Under the pieces are notes generated by a model. The model did not search any database and had not been told where the DNA came from. It was given only the letters and a program-made list of their open reading frames with translations. Of a stretch of DNA of 32,000 bases, positions 9,461-17,688 are shown in pieces; the first letter of the stretch is position 1; each line of letters starts with the position of its first letter. Both the position numbers and the translations under genes were made by a program. This stretch comes from Vibrio alginolyticus NBRC 15630 = ATCC 17749 (GTDB lineage Bacteria; Pseudomonadota; Gammaproteobacteria; Enterobacterales; Vibrionaceae), in assembly GCF_000354175.2 (NCBI RefSeq), contig NC_022349.1, forward strand, positions 2,910,001 through 2,942,000, in the 5' to 3' direction.

Positions 9461-9820
9461 CTAAAAACCAGAGAGGTGCTCTAACTCTCTATTCAGAAGG
9501 TCGTTATTGCCTACATTCAATTCTATAAATCGTTTTAGTTGGCTAATGCTTTCGATGTCTATCTTAGCGATCTTCAACCTCACCTCACACTTAGAGACAT
9601 CCACAACTTGCGCTTTTAACGTAATCAATTGTTCGGATTGATCAAATGAAAAAGTCACATGGACCGGAAGGGTTGGATCCAAAGCCTCAGTCTCTTCCAC
9701 TTTCATGAGTAAACCATGCAAGGAAAGATCTTGAATCCTAGCTTCAATTGCCAAGTCACGTTGTTCTATCTTAGCTGGAGCTTGATGGAGAATACGTGAA
9801 AAGCGTCGTCTCTCTGTCAT
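9461..9820 (-). CDS. Single-domain PilZ protein (putative c-di-GMP receptor)
   Basis: 119-aa ORF with both canonical PilZ motifs: RxxxR (RRFSR, residues 5-9) and D/NxSxxG (DLSLHG). It lies 39 nt upstream of the M23 gene on the same strand. Confidence 0.85.
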   Translation of the reverse strand: MTERRRFSRILHQAPAKIEQRDLAIEARIQDLSLHGLLMKVEETEALDPTLPVHVTFSFDQSEQLITLKAQVVDVSKCEVRLKIAKIDIESISQLKRFIELNVGNNDLLNRELEHLSGF

Positions 9821-9980
9821 ATGAATATTCTCGTCAGGTCGTCAAACAGAATTGAATAGTATATCAATACGAACAAAAAGTGTTCGATTGTTGTTTGAAA
9901 AGTGTCGAGGTCGCTACAGAGTGACGTAAGTGCAATGTCATGTTCTTAACGAATGAGACGGGCTAATGAGCTCTTTTTAT

Positions 9981-10019
9981 AACAAAGAAAACAAAGGCCG
10001 CTATGATAGCGGCCTTTGT
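9981..10019 (-). terminator. Rho-independent terminator of ettA
   Basis: ACAAAGGCCGCTA (9991-10003) pairs with TAGCGGCCTTTGT (10007-10019). A T-rich tract follows on the minus strand (plus 9981-9990). Confidence 0.65.
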
Positions 10020-10050
10020 ACAAATTACAATCAAACTTTGTGGGTTGCGA

Positions 10051-11718
10051 TTACTTCGCAATACGCTTGTATTTGATACGGTGTGGTTCTGCGGCTTCAG
10101 GACCCAATGTTTTCTTCAACCAATCCATGTACTCTGTGTAGTTACCTTCGTAGAAGTTAACTTGGCCTTCGTCACGGTAGTCAATGATGTGGGTCGCGAT
10201 ACGGTCAAGGAACCAACGGTCGTGCGAGATAACCATTGCACAACCAGGGAACTCTAGTAATGCTTCTTCTAGAGCACGCAGTGTTTCAACGTCAAGGTCG
10301 TTGGTTGGTTCGTCGAGTAGCAACACGTTGCCACCCGCTTTAAGCAGCTTCGCAAGGTGGACACGGTTACGCTCACCACCCGATAGTTCACCAATAATCT
10401 TTTGTTGGTCACTGCCTTTAAAGTTAAAGCGTGAACAGTATGCGCGAGCTGGGATTTCGAAGTTGTTGATCTTAATGATATCAGCACCTTCAGAGATCTC
10501 TTGGAATACGGTTTTAGAATCGTCCATGCTGTCACGGAACTGATCGACCGATGCCAGTTTTACTGTATCGCCCATCTCAATTGTGCCCGAGTCTGGTTGT
10601 TCAGTACCACTTAACATCTTGAATAGCGTCGATTTACCTGCGCCGTTAGCACCGATGATACCAACAATCGCACCTTTAGGGATGCTGAATGACAGGTCAT
10701 CAATCAGAACACGACCGTCAAATGACTTGGTCAGGTTCTTCACTTCAATAACCTTATCACCTAGGCGCTCACCTGGTGGGATAAACAGTTCATTGGTTTC
10801 ATTACGTTTTTGGTGATCAGAGCTTTGCAGTTCTTCAAAGCGAGCCATACGTGCTTTTGACTTCGCTTGACGACCTTTAGGGTTTTTACGTACCCACTCA
10901 AGCTCTTTCTCGATAGTCTTTTGGCGAGCACTCTCTTGGGAGGCTTCTTGTTGTAGACGAGCGTCTTTTTGCTCCAGCCATGAGGTGTAGTTGCCTTCCC
11001 ATGGGATACCTTCACCACGGTCCAGTTCTAAGATCCAGCCCGCAGCGTTATCTAGGAAGTAACGGTCGTGGGTGATGGCTACTACGGTACCTGTGTAATC
11101 CACTAAGAAGCGCTCTAGCCAAGCCACTGATTCTGCATCTAGGTGGTTGGTAGGTTCATCAAGCAATAGCATGTCTGGCTTAGAAAGTAGCAAGCGACAA
11201 ATAGCCACACGGCGGCGTTCACCACCTGATAGGTGCGCAATTTTTTGGTCCCATTCAGGTAAACGTAGTGCGTTTGCTGCACGCTCAAGCGCATTTTCTA
11301 GGTTGTGACCATCTTTCGCTTGGATAAGGGCTTCTAGCTCGCCTTGCTCTTTTGCAAGTGCGTCGAAGTCTGCATCTGGTTCAGCGTATGCTGCGTAGAC
11401 TGCGTCCAAACGTTTCAGAGCGTCAGCAACGTCAGCAACCGCTTCTTCAACAACTTCACGAACGGTTTTTGATTCGTCTAATACTGGTTCCTGAGGTAGG
11501 TAACCTACGTTTAGACCAGGTTGTGGACGCGCTTCACCGTCGATATCCGTGTCGATACCTGCCATGATACGTAGCAGTGTGGATTTACCTGCACCGTTCA
11601 GACCTAAAACACCGATTTTCGCACCAGGGAAGAAGCTCAGAGAGATGTCTTTAAGAATTTGACGCTTAGGTGGCACAATTTTGCTCACCCGCGACATGGT
11701 ATATACGTATTCAGCCAT
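10051..11718 (-). CDS. ettA: Energy-dependent translational throttle protein EttA (ABC-F ATPase)
   Basis: 555-aa ORF with two ABC cassettes (GLNGAGKST, GANGAGKST, two LSGGE signatures). The N-terminus MAEYVYTMSRVSKIVPPKRQILKDISLSF is typical of EttA/YjjK. Confidence 0.95.
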   Translation of the reverse strand: MAEYVYTMSRVSKIVPPKRQILKDISLSFFPGAKIGVLGLNGAGKSTLLRIMAGIDTDIDGEARPQPGLNVGYLPQEPVLDESKTVREVVEEAVADVADALKRLDAVYAAYAEPDADFDALAKEQGELEALIQAKDGHNLENALERAANALRLPEWDQKIAHLSGGERRRVAICRLLLSKPDMLLLDEPTNHLDAESVAWLERFLVDYTGTVVAITHDRYFLDNAAGWILELDRGEGIPWEGNYTSWLEQKDARLQQEASQESARQKTIEKELEWVRKNPKGRQAKSKARMARFEELQSSDHQKRNETNELFIPPGERLGDKVIEVKNLTKSFDGRVLIDDLSFSIPKGAIVGIIGANGAGKSTLFKMLSGTEQPDSGTIEMGDTVKLASVDQFRDSMDDSKTVFQEISEGADIIKINNFEIPARAYCSRFNFKGSDQQKIIGELSGGERNRVHLAKLLKAGGNVLLLDEPTNDLDVETLRALEEALLEFPGCAMVISHDRWFLDRIATHIIDYRDEGQVNFYEGNYTEYMDWLKKTLGPEAAEPHRIKYKRIAK

Positions 11719-12082
11719 TGCCGATCGTTCCTAAATTAACTGTCATTCAAACCCATCATTTTATACCAAGTGCTTTGTTTTTGTTACCGCATTGCAAGAA
11801 TTTCCCTAACGAATGGATTTCTTATTTTGAGCTGACCGGAAACTTACACGGTTAGGGTATACACTTTTGTTATTCGTTAAGAATGACGAAGTGTTTTCTA
11901 TGCGAGTTAGAAACGCTTTGTCTCCATCGTCTTAAAAGTTTGACGAGTACAATTTTTAATACACTAAGTTGCTTTACATGGACATCTGCATTCTGTGTAA
12001 ATAGATGCATGTGTGAAAATTGCCTTAACATCACATGAACTCTAACAAAACTAGGCTTTAGGGCAGTATATGTCTGGGGAAA

Positions 12083-14029
12083 ATGACACAAATGAGATTC
12101 AACGTATCTGAATTGGCTAAAAACGTATGCTGCGCCGCCGCGTTGTGTGCTATGAGTTTGAGTGCTAATGCCGCGCTGAGTTTGGAAAAGCAGCGCGAAG
12201 TATATGAGCAAGCTCAAGATTTATTAGATAAAAATGACATCGACGGATACCTTTCGATTCGTCCTAAAATTTCTGACTATCCACTAACGCCTTATGTGGA
12301 TTACCGCACTTTTATTAGACAGTTACCGGAAAAGTCACCACAACAGGTGAACGAGTTTATTTCTGAGCACGAGTCTTTTCCATTTTCTCGTCGAGTTCGC
12401 GCTCCATACCTCAATCATCTTTATAAGCAAAAAGATTGGAAAACCATTACTGAGTTTCAAAAAGTCATTCCTAGTGGTGAGCGTTACCAATGTATTTTCT
12501 ACGTCGCTCAATTAAAGCAAGGCAAGAAAGTCGCGGCGTTTAAAGGGGCTGAACATATGTGGTTACGTGGCATCAGCATTGCTGATGAGTGTGACCCATT
12601 ATTTGAAGCATGGGACAAGGCGGGTGAGCGTACCGATGAACTGATTCTACAGCGTATGTTACTGGCGTTTGATGCTCGTAATGGCGGTTTGATGAGTTAC
12701 TTGCTCAAACTGCCTAAATCAGCGCAGGCAAAGCAACAAGCCAAAGAAATGAAAGCGTTGTTTGATAATCCTTCAAGTGTTGCGGAATTCGCGAAGAAAA
12801 AACCTGCGAATGATTTTAATCGAGCGCAAAGTGAATATGCGTTAGAAAAGTTGGCTCGCATGAACACTAGCCAAGCACAAGGTGCGTACGATGCTGTCAT
12901 TAAAGGACAGAAGTTTTCTCCAGAAAAAGCGCAAGAACTTGCCGACTATATTGCATTTCGATTGACTCGTACGGAGTCTGAGTCATTAGCTAAATGGCGC
13001 GATGATAAAACGAAAACCAGTCAGTACTTACCGTTGATTGAAACGCGCATCCGCTTAGCGATTCAAAATGCAGATTGGAAAGGCGTACAAGAGTGGATTG
13101 CTGTTCTAAATAAAGAAGAACAAGCCACGCTACGCTGGCAATATTGGCTTGGAAGAAGTGAAATAGCGTTAGGTGATGACATCGCGGGGAAACAGCGTTT
13201 AGCAACTCTGCTTGGGCAACGAAACTTCTACAGTGTGGCTGCCGCCAATGCAATCGGGCAATCAATCAAATACCCAACGCATACGGTTAAGTTGGATAAG
13301 AAAGTTGTTCAACCCTATCAAGACTCGTTAGCTCGTATCGAAGAGTTGATCGCGACGGATAAAATCGCAGCAGCGAAGAGTGAATGGGCACACTTACTGC
13401 GCCGCGTAGGGAAAGATGAAAAGGCGATGTTGGCGGCTTATGCATCATTTAAACGTTGGCATAACCTAACGGTGACCGCGAGTATTCAAGCGCAGATGTG
13501 GGATAATATCGAACTTAGGTTCCCAATAGCACACCGCTGGTGGTTTAACTTTTATGCGAAAAAGCACAACATTGATCCCGTCACGATGATGTCTCTCGCT
13601 CGACAGGAAAGTGCGTTAGATGTTGAAGCCCGCTCTCCAGTTGGCGCTCGTGGTCTTATGCAGATCATGCCTGCGACGGCGAAGTACACGGCACGTAAAT
13701 ATAAGTTGAGTTATCAAGGTACGCAGGATCTCTACAATGTAGGAAAAAATATCGAAATTGGTAGCCATTATTTGCAAGGTTTATTAGAGGATTACGATAA
13801 TAATCGTATTTTTGCTCTTGCTGCTTATAATGCAGGTCCTAACAGAGTAAAAACGTGGCGAGAGCGTACCCAAGGAAAAGTGGATGCTTATGCCTTTATT
13901 GAGGCAATTCCATTTAAAGAGACGCGCGGTTATGTGCAAAACATCTTGATGTTTGAAACATACTATCGTGATCTTTTGGGTATCGATGGCGCGTTCTTGA
14001 ATCAACATGAGATCAATACCAAGTATTGA
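12083..14029 (+). CDS. slt: Soluble lytic murein transglycosylase (Slt70-like)
   Basis: 648-aa ORF. It has a signal peptide ending SLSANA, a long helical N-terminal superhelix region, and a C-terminal SLT domain (ESALDVEARSPVGARGLMQIMPATA ... AAYNAGP). Confidence 0.9.
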   Translation: MTQMRFNVSELAKNVCCAAALCAMSLSANAALSLEKQREVYEQAQDLLDKNDIDGYLSIRPKISDYPLTPYVDYRTFIRQLPEKSPQQVNEFISEHESFPFSRRVRAPYLNHLYKQKDWKTITEFQKVIPSGERYQCIFYVAQLKQGKKVAAFKGAEHMWLRGISIADECDPLFEAWDKAGERTDELILQRMLLAFDARNGGLMSYLLKLPKSAQAKQQAKEMKALFDNPSSVAEFAKKKPANDFNRAQSEYALEKLARMNTSQAQGAYDAVIKGQKFSPEKAQELADYIAFRLTRTESESLAKWRDDKTKTSQYLPLIETRIRLAIQNADWKGVQEWIAVLNKEEQATLRWQYWLGRSEIALGDDIAGKQRLATLLGQRNFYSVAAANAIGQSIKYPTHTVKLDKKVVQPYQDSLARIEELIATDKIAAAKSEWAHLLRRVGKDEKAMLAAYASFKRWHNLTVTASIQAQMWDNIELRFPIAHRWWFNFYAKKHNIDPVTMMSLARQESALDVEARSPVGARGLMQIMPATAKYTARKYKLSYQGTQDLYNVGKNIEIGSHYLQGLLEDYDNNRIFALAAYNAGPNRVKTWRERTQGKVDAYAFIEAIPFKETRGYVQNILMFETYYRDLLGIDGAFLNQHEINTKY

Positions 14030-14042
14030 GTGAGGTAACTTG

Positions 14043-14351
14043 ATGTCGCACGAACCCGAGTACAAAGACTGGCAACAGATTATTGAGCTAATTCGAACAA
14101 GTATGGGCACCCAGCAAGATGACATGCTGTTAACTATGCTGATGTCACGTGATGAGAGAGAGTCATTAATATCACGCGTTAATATAATTAACGAACTTCT
14201 TAAAGGAGAATTATCTCAACGTCAGATCAGTCAGATGCTTGGTGTGGGCATTGCCACCATTACTCGAGGCTCTAACGAACTAAAGTCGAAATCTGATGAA
14301 GAAAAAGACAAGTTGAAAGTCTTGTTAGAACAAGTTGCGGTATCTAAGTAG
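14043..14351 (+). CDS. trpR: Trp operon repressor
   Basis: The product aligns by eye with E. coli TrpR (LTPDEREAL/MSRDERESL; GIATITRGSN identical). The ATG at 14043 follows a GAGG RBS; the TTG at 14040 used by the track is less likely. Confidence 0.9.
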   Translation: MSHEPEYKDWQQIIELIRTSMGTQQDDMLLTMLMSRDERESLISRVNIINELLKGELSQRQISQMLGVGIATITRGSNELKSKSDEEKDKLKVLLEQVAVSK

Positions 14352-14409
14352 ACAGTATATCCAATTTGCTTTTAGGCCTTGGTGTTACAATTGACTAAGA
14401 TAACGTATT

Positions 14410-14438
14410 GCAAAGGGCGGAAATATCCGCCCTTTTGC
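14410..14438. terminator. Bidirectional terminator between trpR and yjjX
   Basis: GCAAAGGGCGG-aaatat-CCGCCCTTTTGC hairpin. Confidence 0.65.
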
Positions 14439-14461
14439 GTATCTAGAGAATAGGCTGAGTG

Positions 14462-14995
14462 TTATAAATTTGAAGGAAAGTGCTCAGGGTTTGTGAATGG
14501 AATTAAAGCCAGAATCAAGGCTTGGTGATAGACCGAGCTTCGAGTTAGCTGGTTTTGGGTTAGCAGGCTAATAGCGCCACCTTTCTGTTTGATATTATCA
14601 GTACCAAACACTTCGTCCATTACATCTCCCAATTCATTCGCATCCTTGAGTTTTTCCAAGACTTTTGGCGGCAACATTAAGCTTGCAGAACGAGATTCAC
14701 CGCGGTGAGTCTCTGACTCAACCACCATCCAAGCAAACGTCACGTTTGCTTCAATTCCCGCTTCGAGACCGACATAGTAATCCGCGTTTGGCATCTCTAC
14801 TTTTGCGTTTTTAACGCGGTTTAGCGCACCACGATGAGTTTCTTCATTCGTCATGGGCTGATCTGCAACCTCACTCGGTACACTGATGCCAACGAAGTTG
14901 AATTCTTGATGCGAAAATGCATTACGAAATGCACTTTGAACTGCATTAATTTTGGCTGGGTTTAGCGATGCGATTACAACTTTTTGGGTTGCCAT
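14462..14995 (-). CDS. yjjX: Inosine/xanthosine triphosphatase (YjjX family NTPase)
   Basis: The product resembles E. coli YjjX (TNPAKI.., ..EAGI.., LTRSSVYHQALILALIPF). I prefer the ATG at 14995 (MATQKVVIASLNPAKI) over the GTG at 15010. Confidence 0.85.
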   Translation of the reverse strand: MATQKVVIASLNPAKINAVQSAFRNAFSHQEFNFVGISVPSEVADQPMTNEETHRGALNRVKNAKVEMPNADYYVGLEAGIEANVTFAWMVVESETHRGESRSASLMLPPKVLEKLKDANELGDVMDEVFGTDNIKQKGGAISLLTQNQLTRSSVYHQALILALIPFTNPEHFPSNL

Positions 14996-15019
14996 GATCT
15001 TTTTTCTCACTGGTGTCTA

Positions 15020-16198
15020 TTAACTCAATTTTACTTGCGTAGGCTTTACGTTCTCACTCGGGTAACAGCCTAATACTTTCAAGTGCTTAGTGATTTTTGT
15101 TAGCTCTTCAAGTGCCTGTTGCATTTCTGTCGAAGCAAGATGTGATGTCAAGTCTACGTAGAACATCTCCTCCCACGGGTTCCCCATAATTGGGCGTGAT
15201 TCTAGCTTGGTCATATTGATGCCGTAACGTTGCAGCACTAATAGTGTTTCAACCAATGAACCTGCCTCTTGGGAGGTCGACATGATCAATGTGGTTTTTG
15301 CTGGAATCTGAGTAGAAACTTCAACCGGTTTACGAGCAACCACGATAAAGCGAGTATGGTTTTCGGTTTGGTTTGCGATGTTGCCTTGAATTGCTTGCAA
15401 GCCATATAGCTTACCGCTTGATGCATTACCAATTGCAGCCACATCATCACGATCCATCTCTTGGACTTTCTGCATTGCATCTGCTGTGCTCGCGCAGGAC
15501 TCCAGCTTTACCCCTTTCATACGGCTTAAAAACTCACTGCACTGTTGGTGTGGCTGAGGGTGAGAATACAGCGTTTTAATATCTTCCAGACGAATGTCTT
15601 TTTTCGCAACCAAGCAGTGTTCGATTGGTTGAGTCAGCTCTCCAACGATGTAAAGCGTCGTGTGTTGTAGTAAGTCATACACTTCATTAATAGAGCCTGA
15701 GCTGGTGTTTTCGATTGGCAGAACGCCATAATCAGCATGGCCAGATTCAACCGTTTGAGTCACTTCTTTAAAGTGCTCGCAGTTGAGCTCGATAAGCTCT
15801 GTATTTTTACGACTGAAGTATTCGCGACTTGCCAAGTGCGAATAAGAGCCTTTGGCTCCTAAAAAAGCGACGCGAGCAAGTGGCTTACGGCTTTGCTGTG
15901 GGTTAACGAGATTTTGCAGATAACTTTGTTGAAGCAGAACTGAGTCTTCAATGATGGTATGGAAAAGTTTAGTGATGTACTGCGCGTCAAGTTCGTATTT
16001 ATCTTGGCCATTAGAAATCAGCTTGACCAATAATTGCTGTTCACGGACGGCGTCGCGAACAGGCTTTGAGGTTTGTACTTTGCTTTTGGCTACTTCAATG
16101 CTGAGTTTACGGCGCTCAGACAATAAGCTGAGAAGTTGGTCATCCAACTCATTCAAGCGTAAACGAATTTCTTCGAGGGAAATAGGTTGGTCAGTCAT
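15020..16198 (-). CDS. pheA: Bifunctional chorismate mutase / prephenate dehydratase (P-protein)
   Basis: ~392-aa ORF with a chorismate mutase N-terminus, a prephenate dehydratase core (AFLGAKGSYSHLA) and a C-terminal ACT domain (ESRP). ATG at 16198 after a GGAAAGA RBS; the TTG at 16201 is the track start. Confidence 0.95.
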   Translation of the reverse strand: MTDQPISLEEIRLRLNELDDQLLSLLSERRKLSIEVAKSKVQTSKPVRDAVREQQLLVKLISNGQDKYELDAQYITKLFHTIIEDSVLLQQSYLQNLVNPQQSRKPLARVAFLGAKGSYSHLASREYFSRKNTELIELNCEHFKEVTQTVESGHADYGVLPIENTSSGSINEVYDLLQHTTLYIVGELTQPIEHCLVAKKDIRLEDIKTLYSHPQPHQQCSEFLSRMKGVKLESCASTADAMQKVQEMDRDDVAAIGNASSGKLYGLQAIQGNIANQTENHTRFIVVARKPVEVSTQIPAKTTLIMSTSQEAGSLVETLLVLQRYGINMTKLESRPIMGNPWEEMFYVDLTSHLASTEMQQALEELTKITKHLKVLGCYPSENVKPTQVKLS

Positions 16199-16211
16199 CA
16201 ATTCTTTCCTT

Positions 16212-16240
16212 ATAAAAAAGCCTCCCGATTTGGGAGGCTT
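16212..16240 (-). terminator. pheA attenuator terminator (segments 3:4)
   Basis: The minus strand reads AAGCCTCCC-aaatc-GGGAGGCTT-TTTTAT and ends ~14 nt before the pheA ATG. Confidence 0.7.
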
Positions 16241-16252
16241 TCTGTTTGTTTT

Positions 16253-16281
16253 TGTGCCGTCCTAAATAAGGTTGACACTTT
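16253..16281 (+). repeat. IS left inverted repeat (IRL)
   Basis: TGTGCCGTCCTAAATAAGGTTGACACTTT, compared with the reverse complement of the right end, TGACCCGTCCTGATATGGGTTGACACTTT. Confidence 0.75.
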
Positions 16282-16306
16282 CCCCCCAAAAAAATTGGAG
16301 AGTGTT

Positions 16307-16702
16307 ATGAAATCAACAACTAAAAGAACTCAGCGCGATTACTCCCTCGCTTTTAAACTCACTGTAGTTGATGAGGTTGAAAAAGGAAGCCTCACTTACA
16401 AACAAGCCCAAGAGAAGTATGGCATCCAAGGTTGCTCTACGGTTTTGGTTTGGCTTCGTAAGCATGGTCGACTAGATTGGTCTAAAGGGACACCTAACTT
16501 TATGTCCAAAGGAGACTCTATGGCCGAGTTCAATTTACCTCCTACACCAGAGCAACGTATTAAAGAGCTTGAGAAGCAGCTCGAAGATGCTCAACTCAAA
16601 GCCGACTTCTTTGAAGCTGTCGTGAACGTTATGGAACGTGACTATGGTGTTAGAGTGACAAAAAAGCACAAAGAAGCGTTGTCCAAGAGAAAACCATTGT
16701 AG
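16307..16702 (+). CDS. IS3-family transposase OrfA (HTH DNA-binding part)
   Basis: ATG at 16307 after a GGAGAG RBS. 131 aa (MKSTTKRTQRDYSLAFKLTVVDEVEKG...) with an HTH and a leucine-zipper-like C-terminus. The track's extension back to 16187 crosses the IS boundary and overlaps pheA, so I discard it. Confidence 0.85.
   Translation: MKSTTKRTQRDYSLAFKLTVVDEVEKGSLTYKQAQEKYGIQGCSTVLVWLRKHGRLDWSKGTPNFMSKGDSMAEFNLPPTPEQRIKELEKQLEDAQLKADFFEAVVNVMERDYGVRVTKKHKEALSKRKPL
16660..16666 (+). other. Programmed -1 ribosomal frameshift heptamer A-AAA-AAG (orfA to orfB)
   Basis: ACA AAA AAG in the orfA frame. The -1 frame is open from here into orfB (…KKAQRSVVQEKTIVGLSVTKFCQ…). Confidence 0.75.
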
Positions 16703-16704
16703 GT

Positions 16705-17511
16705 TTGAGCGTTACGAAGTTTTGTCAGTTAGTACAAATCTCTCGCCAAGCTTATTATAAGCAATGCCAAACTCAATCTCGTTGTGAACATCATGAGCAT
16801 GCTGTCATTGGCTTTGTCCGTGAAGTCAGGCTGAAGCAGCCACGCATTGGCACGCGTAAACTGAAGTTCTTAGCAGCAACAAAGGGCATTCAAATAGGTC
16901 GCGATAAGCTCTTTGAACTTCTCAGAAAGCATCGGCTGTTAGTGAGAGCAAGACGAGCCTATCACCGAACGACTGACAGCCGTCATCGATTTTTCTGTCA
17001 CCCAAACAAAGTGAAAGATGGGCTGACACCAACGAAGCCAGAACAACTGTGGGTTGCTGATATTACTTACTTGCCAACTCAAAATGGAGAGAGTTATCTC
17101 AGCTTGGTTACAGACGCTTATTCAAGGAAGATTGTTGGTTTTTATGTGGATGACAACATGAAAACTCAATCAGTTAAGCGGGCATTTATCTCAGCTCTCA
17201 GGCAACGGCAGAGTGAAGAAAAGCTAATACACCACTCAGATAGAGGCTCACAATACTGTTCGAGGGAATATCAAGATATCCATAAGAAACATAGAGTGAC
17301 TTGCTCAATGACTGACGGGTATGACTGTTATCAGAATGCTTTAGCTGAGCGTGTAAATGGGATACTCAAAATGGAGCTCTTGCTGAAGAAACCGAAAGAT
17401 CTGAAAGAAGCAAGGACGATGGTAGCAGAGTCCGTAGATATCTATAATCAAATGAGGCCTCATACGGCTTTAAAATACAAAACGCCCGATGAAGTACATC
17501 GAGCGTTTTAG
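16705..17511 (+). CDS. IS3-family transposase OrfB (DDE/RNase-H-fold catalytic domain); expected to be made as an OrfAB fusion
   Basis: 268-aa ORF in the -1 frame relative to orfA. DDE triad context: WVADITYL, HHSDRGSQY, ALAERVNGILK. There is no ATG at its start (TTG only), consistent with frameshift expression. Confidence 0.9.
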   Translation: MSVTKFCQLVQISRQAYYKQCQTQSRCEHHEHAVIGFVREVRLKQPRIGTRKLKFLAATKGIQIGRDKLFELLRKHRLLVRARRAYHRTTDSRHRFFCHPNKVKDGLTPTKPEQLWVADITYLPTQNGESYLSLVTDAYSRKIVGFYVDDNMKTQSVKRAFISALRQRQSEEKLIHHSDRGSQYCSREYQDIHKKHRVTCSMTDGYDCYQNALAERVNGILKMELLLKKPKDLKEARTMVAESVDIYNQMRPHTALKYKTPDEVHRAF

Positions 17512-17515
17512 TTAA

Positions 17516-17544
17516 AAAGTGTCAACCCATATCAGGACGGGTCA
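17516..17544 (-). repeat. IS right inverted repeat (IRR)
   Basis: See IRL. The repeat ends ...GGACGGGTCA at 17544. Confidence 0.75.
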
Positions 17545-17581
17545 TTTGACTTTTCTTTCACAAACGAGTTCGCCCCTCCAA

Positions 17582-17629
17582 CTATGGGAGGAAAAAGAAG
17601 TCAAAAATAAACAGTGAGGTTAAATGCAT
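17582..17629 (-). CDS. pheL: pheA leader peptide (Phe-rich, 15 codons)
   Basis: The minus strand reads ATG CAT TTA ACC TCA CTG TTT ATT TTT GAC TTC TTT TTC CTC CCA TAG, giving MHLTSLFIFDFFFLP. It has 5 Phe codons, 3 of them consecutive. The stop codon sits in the loop of a CCTCC/GGAGG hairpin. Its position between raiA and pheA matches E. coli pheL. Confidence 0.75.
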   Translation of the reverse strand: MHLTSLFIFDFFFLP

Positions 17630-17659
17630 AAATAGTGCTTAATTTATGAGTGTTTAAAC

Positions 17660-17688
17660 ACAATAAGCAAGGCAGGGGAGAGCGTCAA
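17660..17688 (-). promoter_or_regulatory. Putative sigma-70 promoter of pheL-pheA
   Basis: The minus strand has TTGACG (17688-17683), a 17-nt spacer and TATTGT (17665-17660), ~30 nt upstream of the pheL ATG. Confidence 0.5.

Larger units (their letters stand above)
16253..17544 (+). mobile_element. IS3-family insertion sequence (1,292 bp), apparently intact
   Basis: It has TG...CA termini and 29-bp imperfect inverted repeats (22/29 matches). It is flanked by a 3-bp direct repeat, TTT (16250-16252 and 17545-17547). orfA and orfB lie in 0/-1 frames with an A-AAA-AAG slippery site, and orfB carries a DDE transposase. Confidence 0.9.

Noticed and set aside
11670-12217. ORFs at 11670-11855 (+) and 11870-12217 (-) in the ettA/slt divergent region.
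   Set aside because: They overlap the ends of ettA and slt, have odd composition and lack an RBS. I also found no convincing sRNA terminator or riboswitch-like structure in this 364-bp region.
16187-16306. The track extends the IS orfA upstream to 16187 (MVSHQFFPYKK...).
   Set aside because: The extension crosses the IS left end (16253) and overlaps the pheA start and attenuator hairpin. The ATG at 16307 with a GGAGAG RBS is the sensible start.
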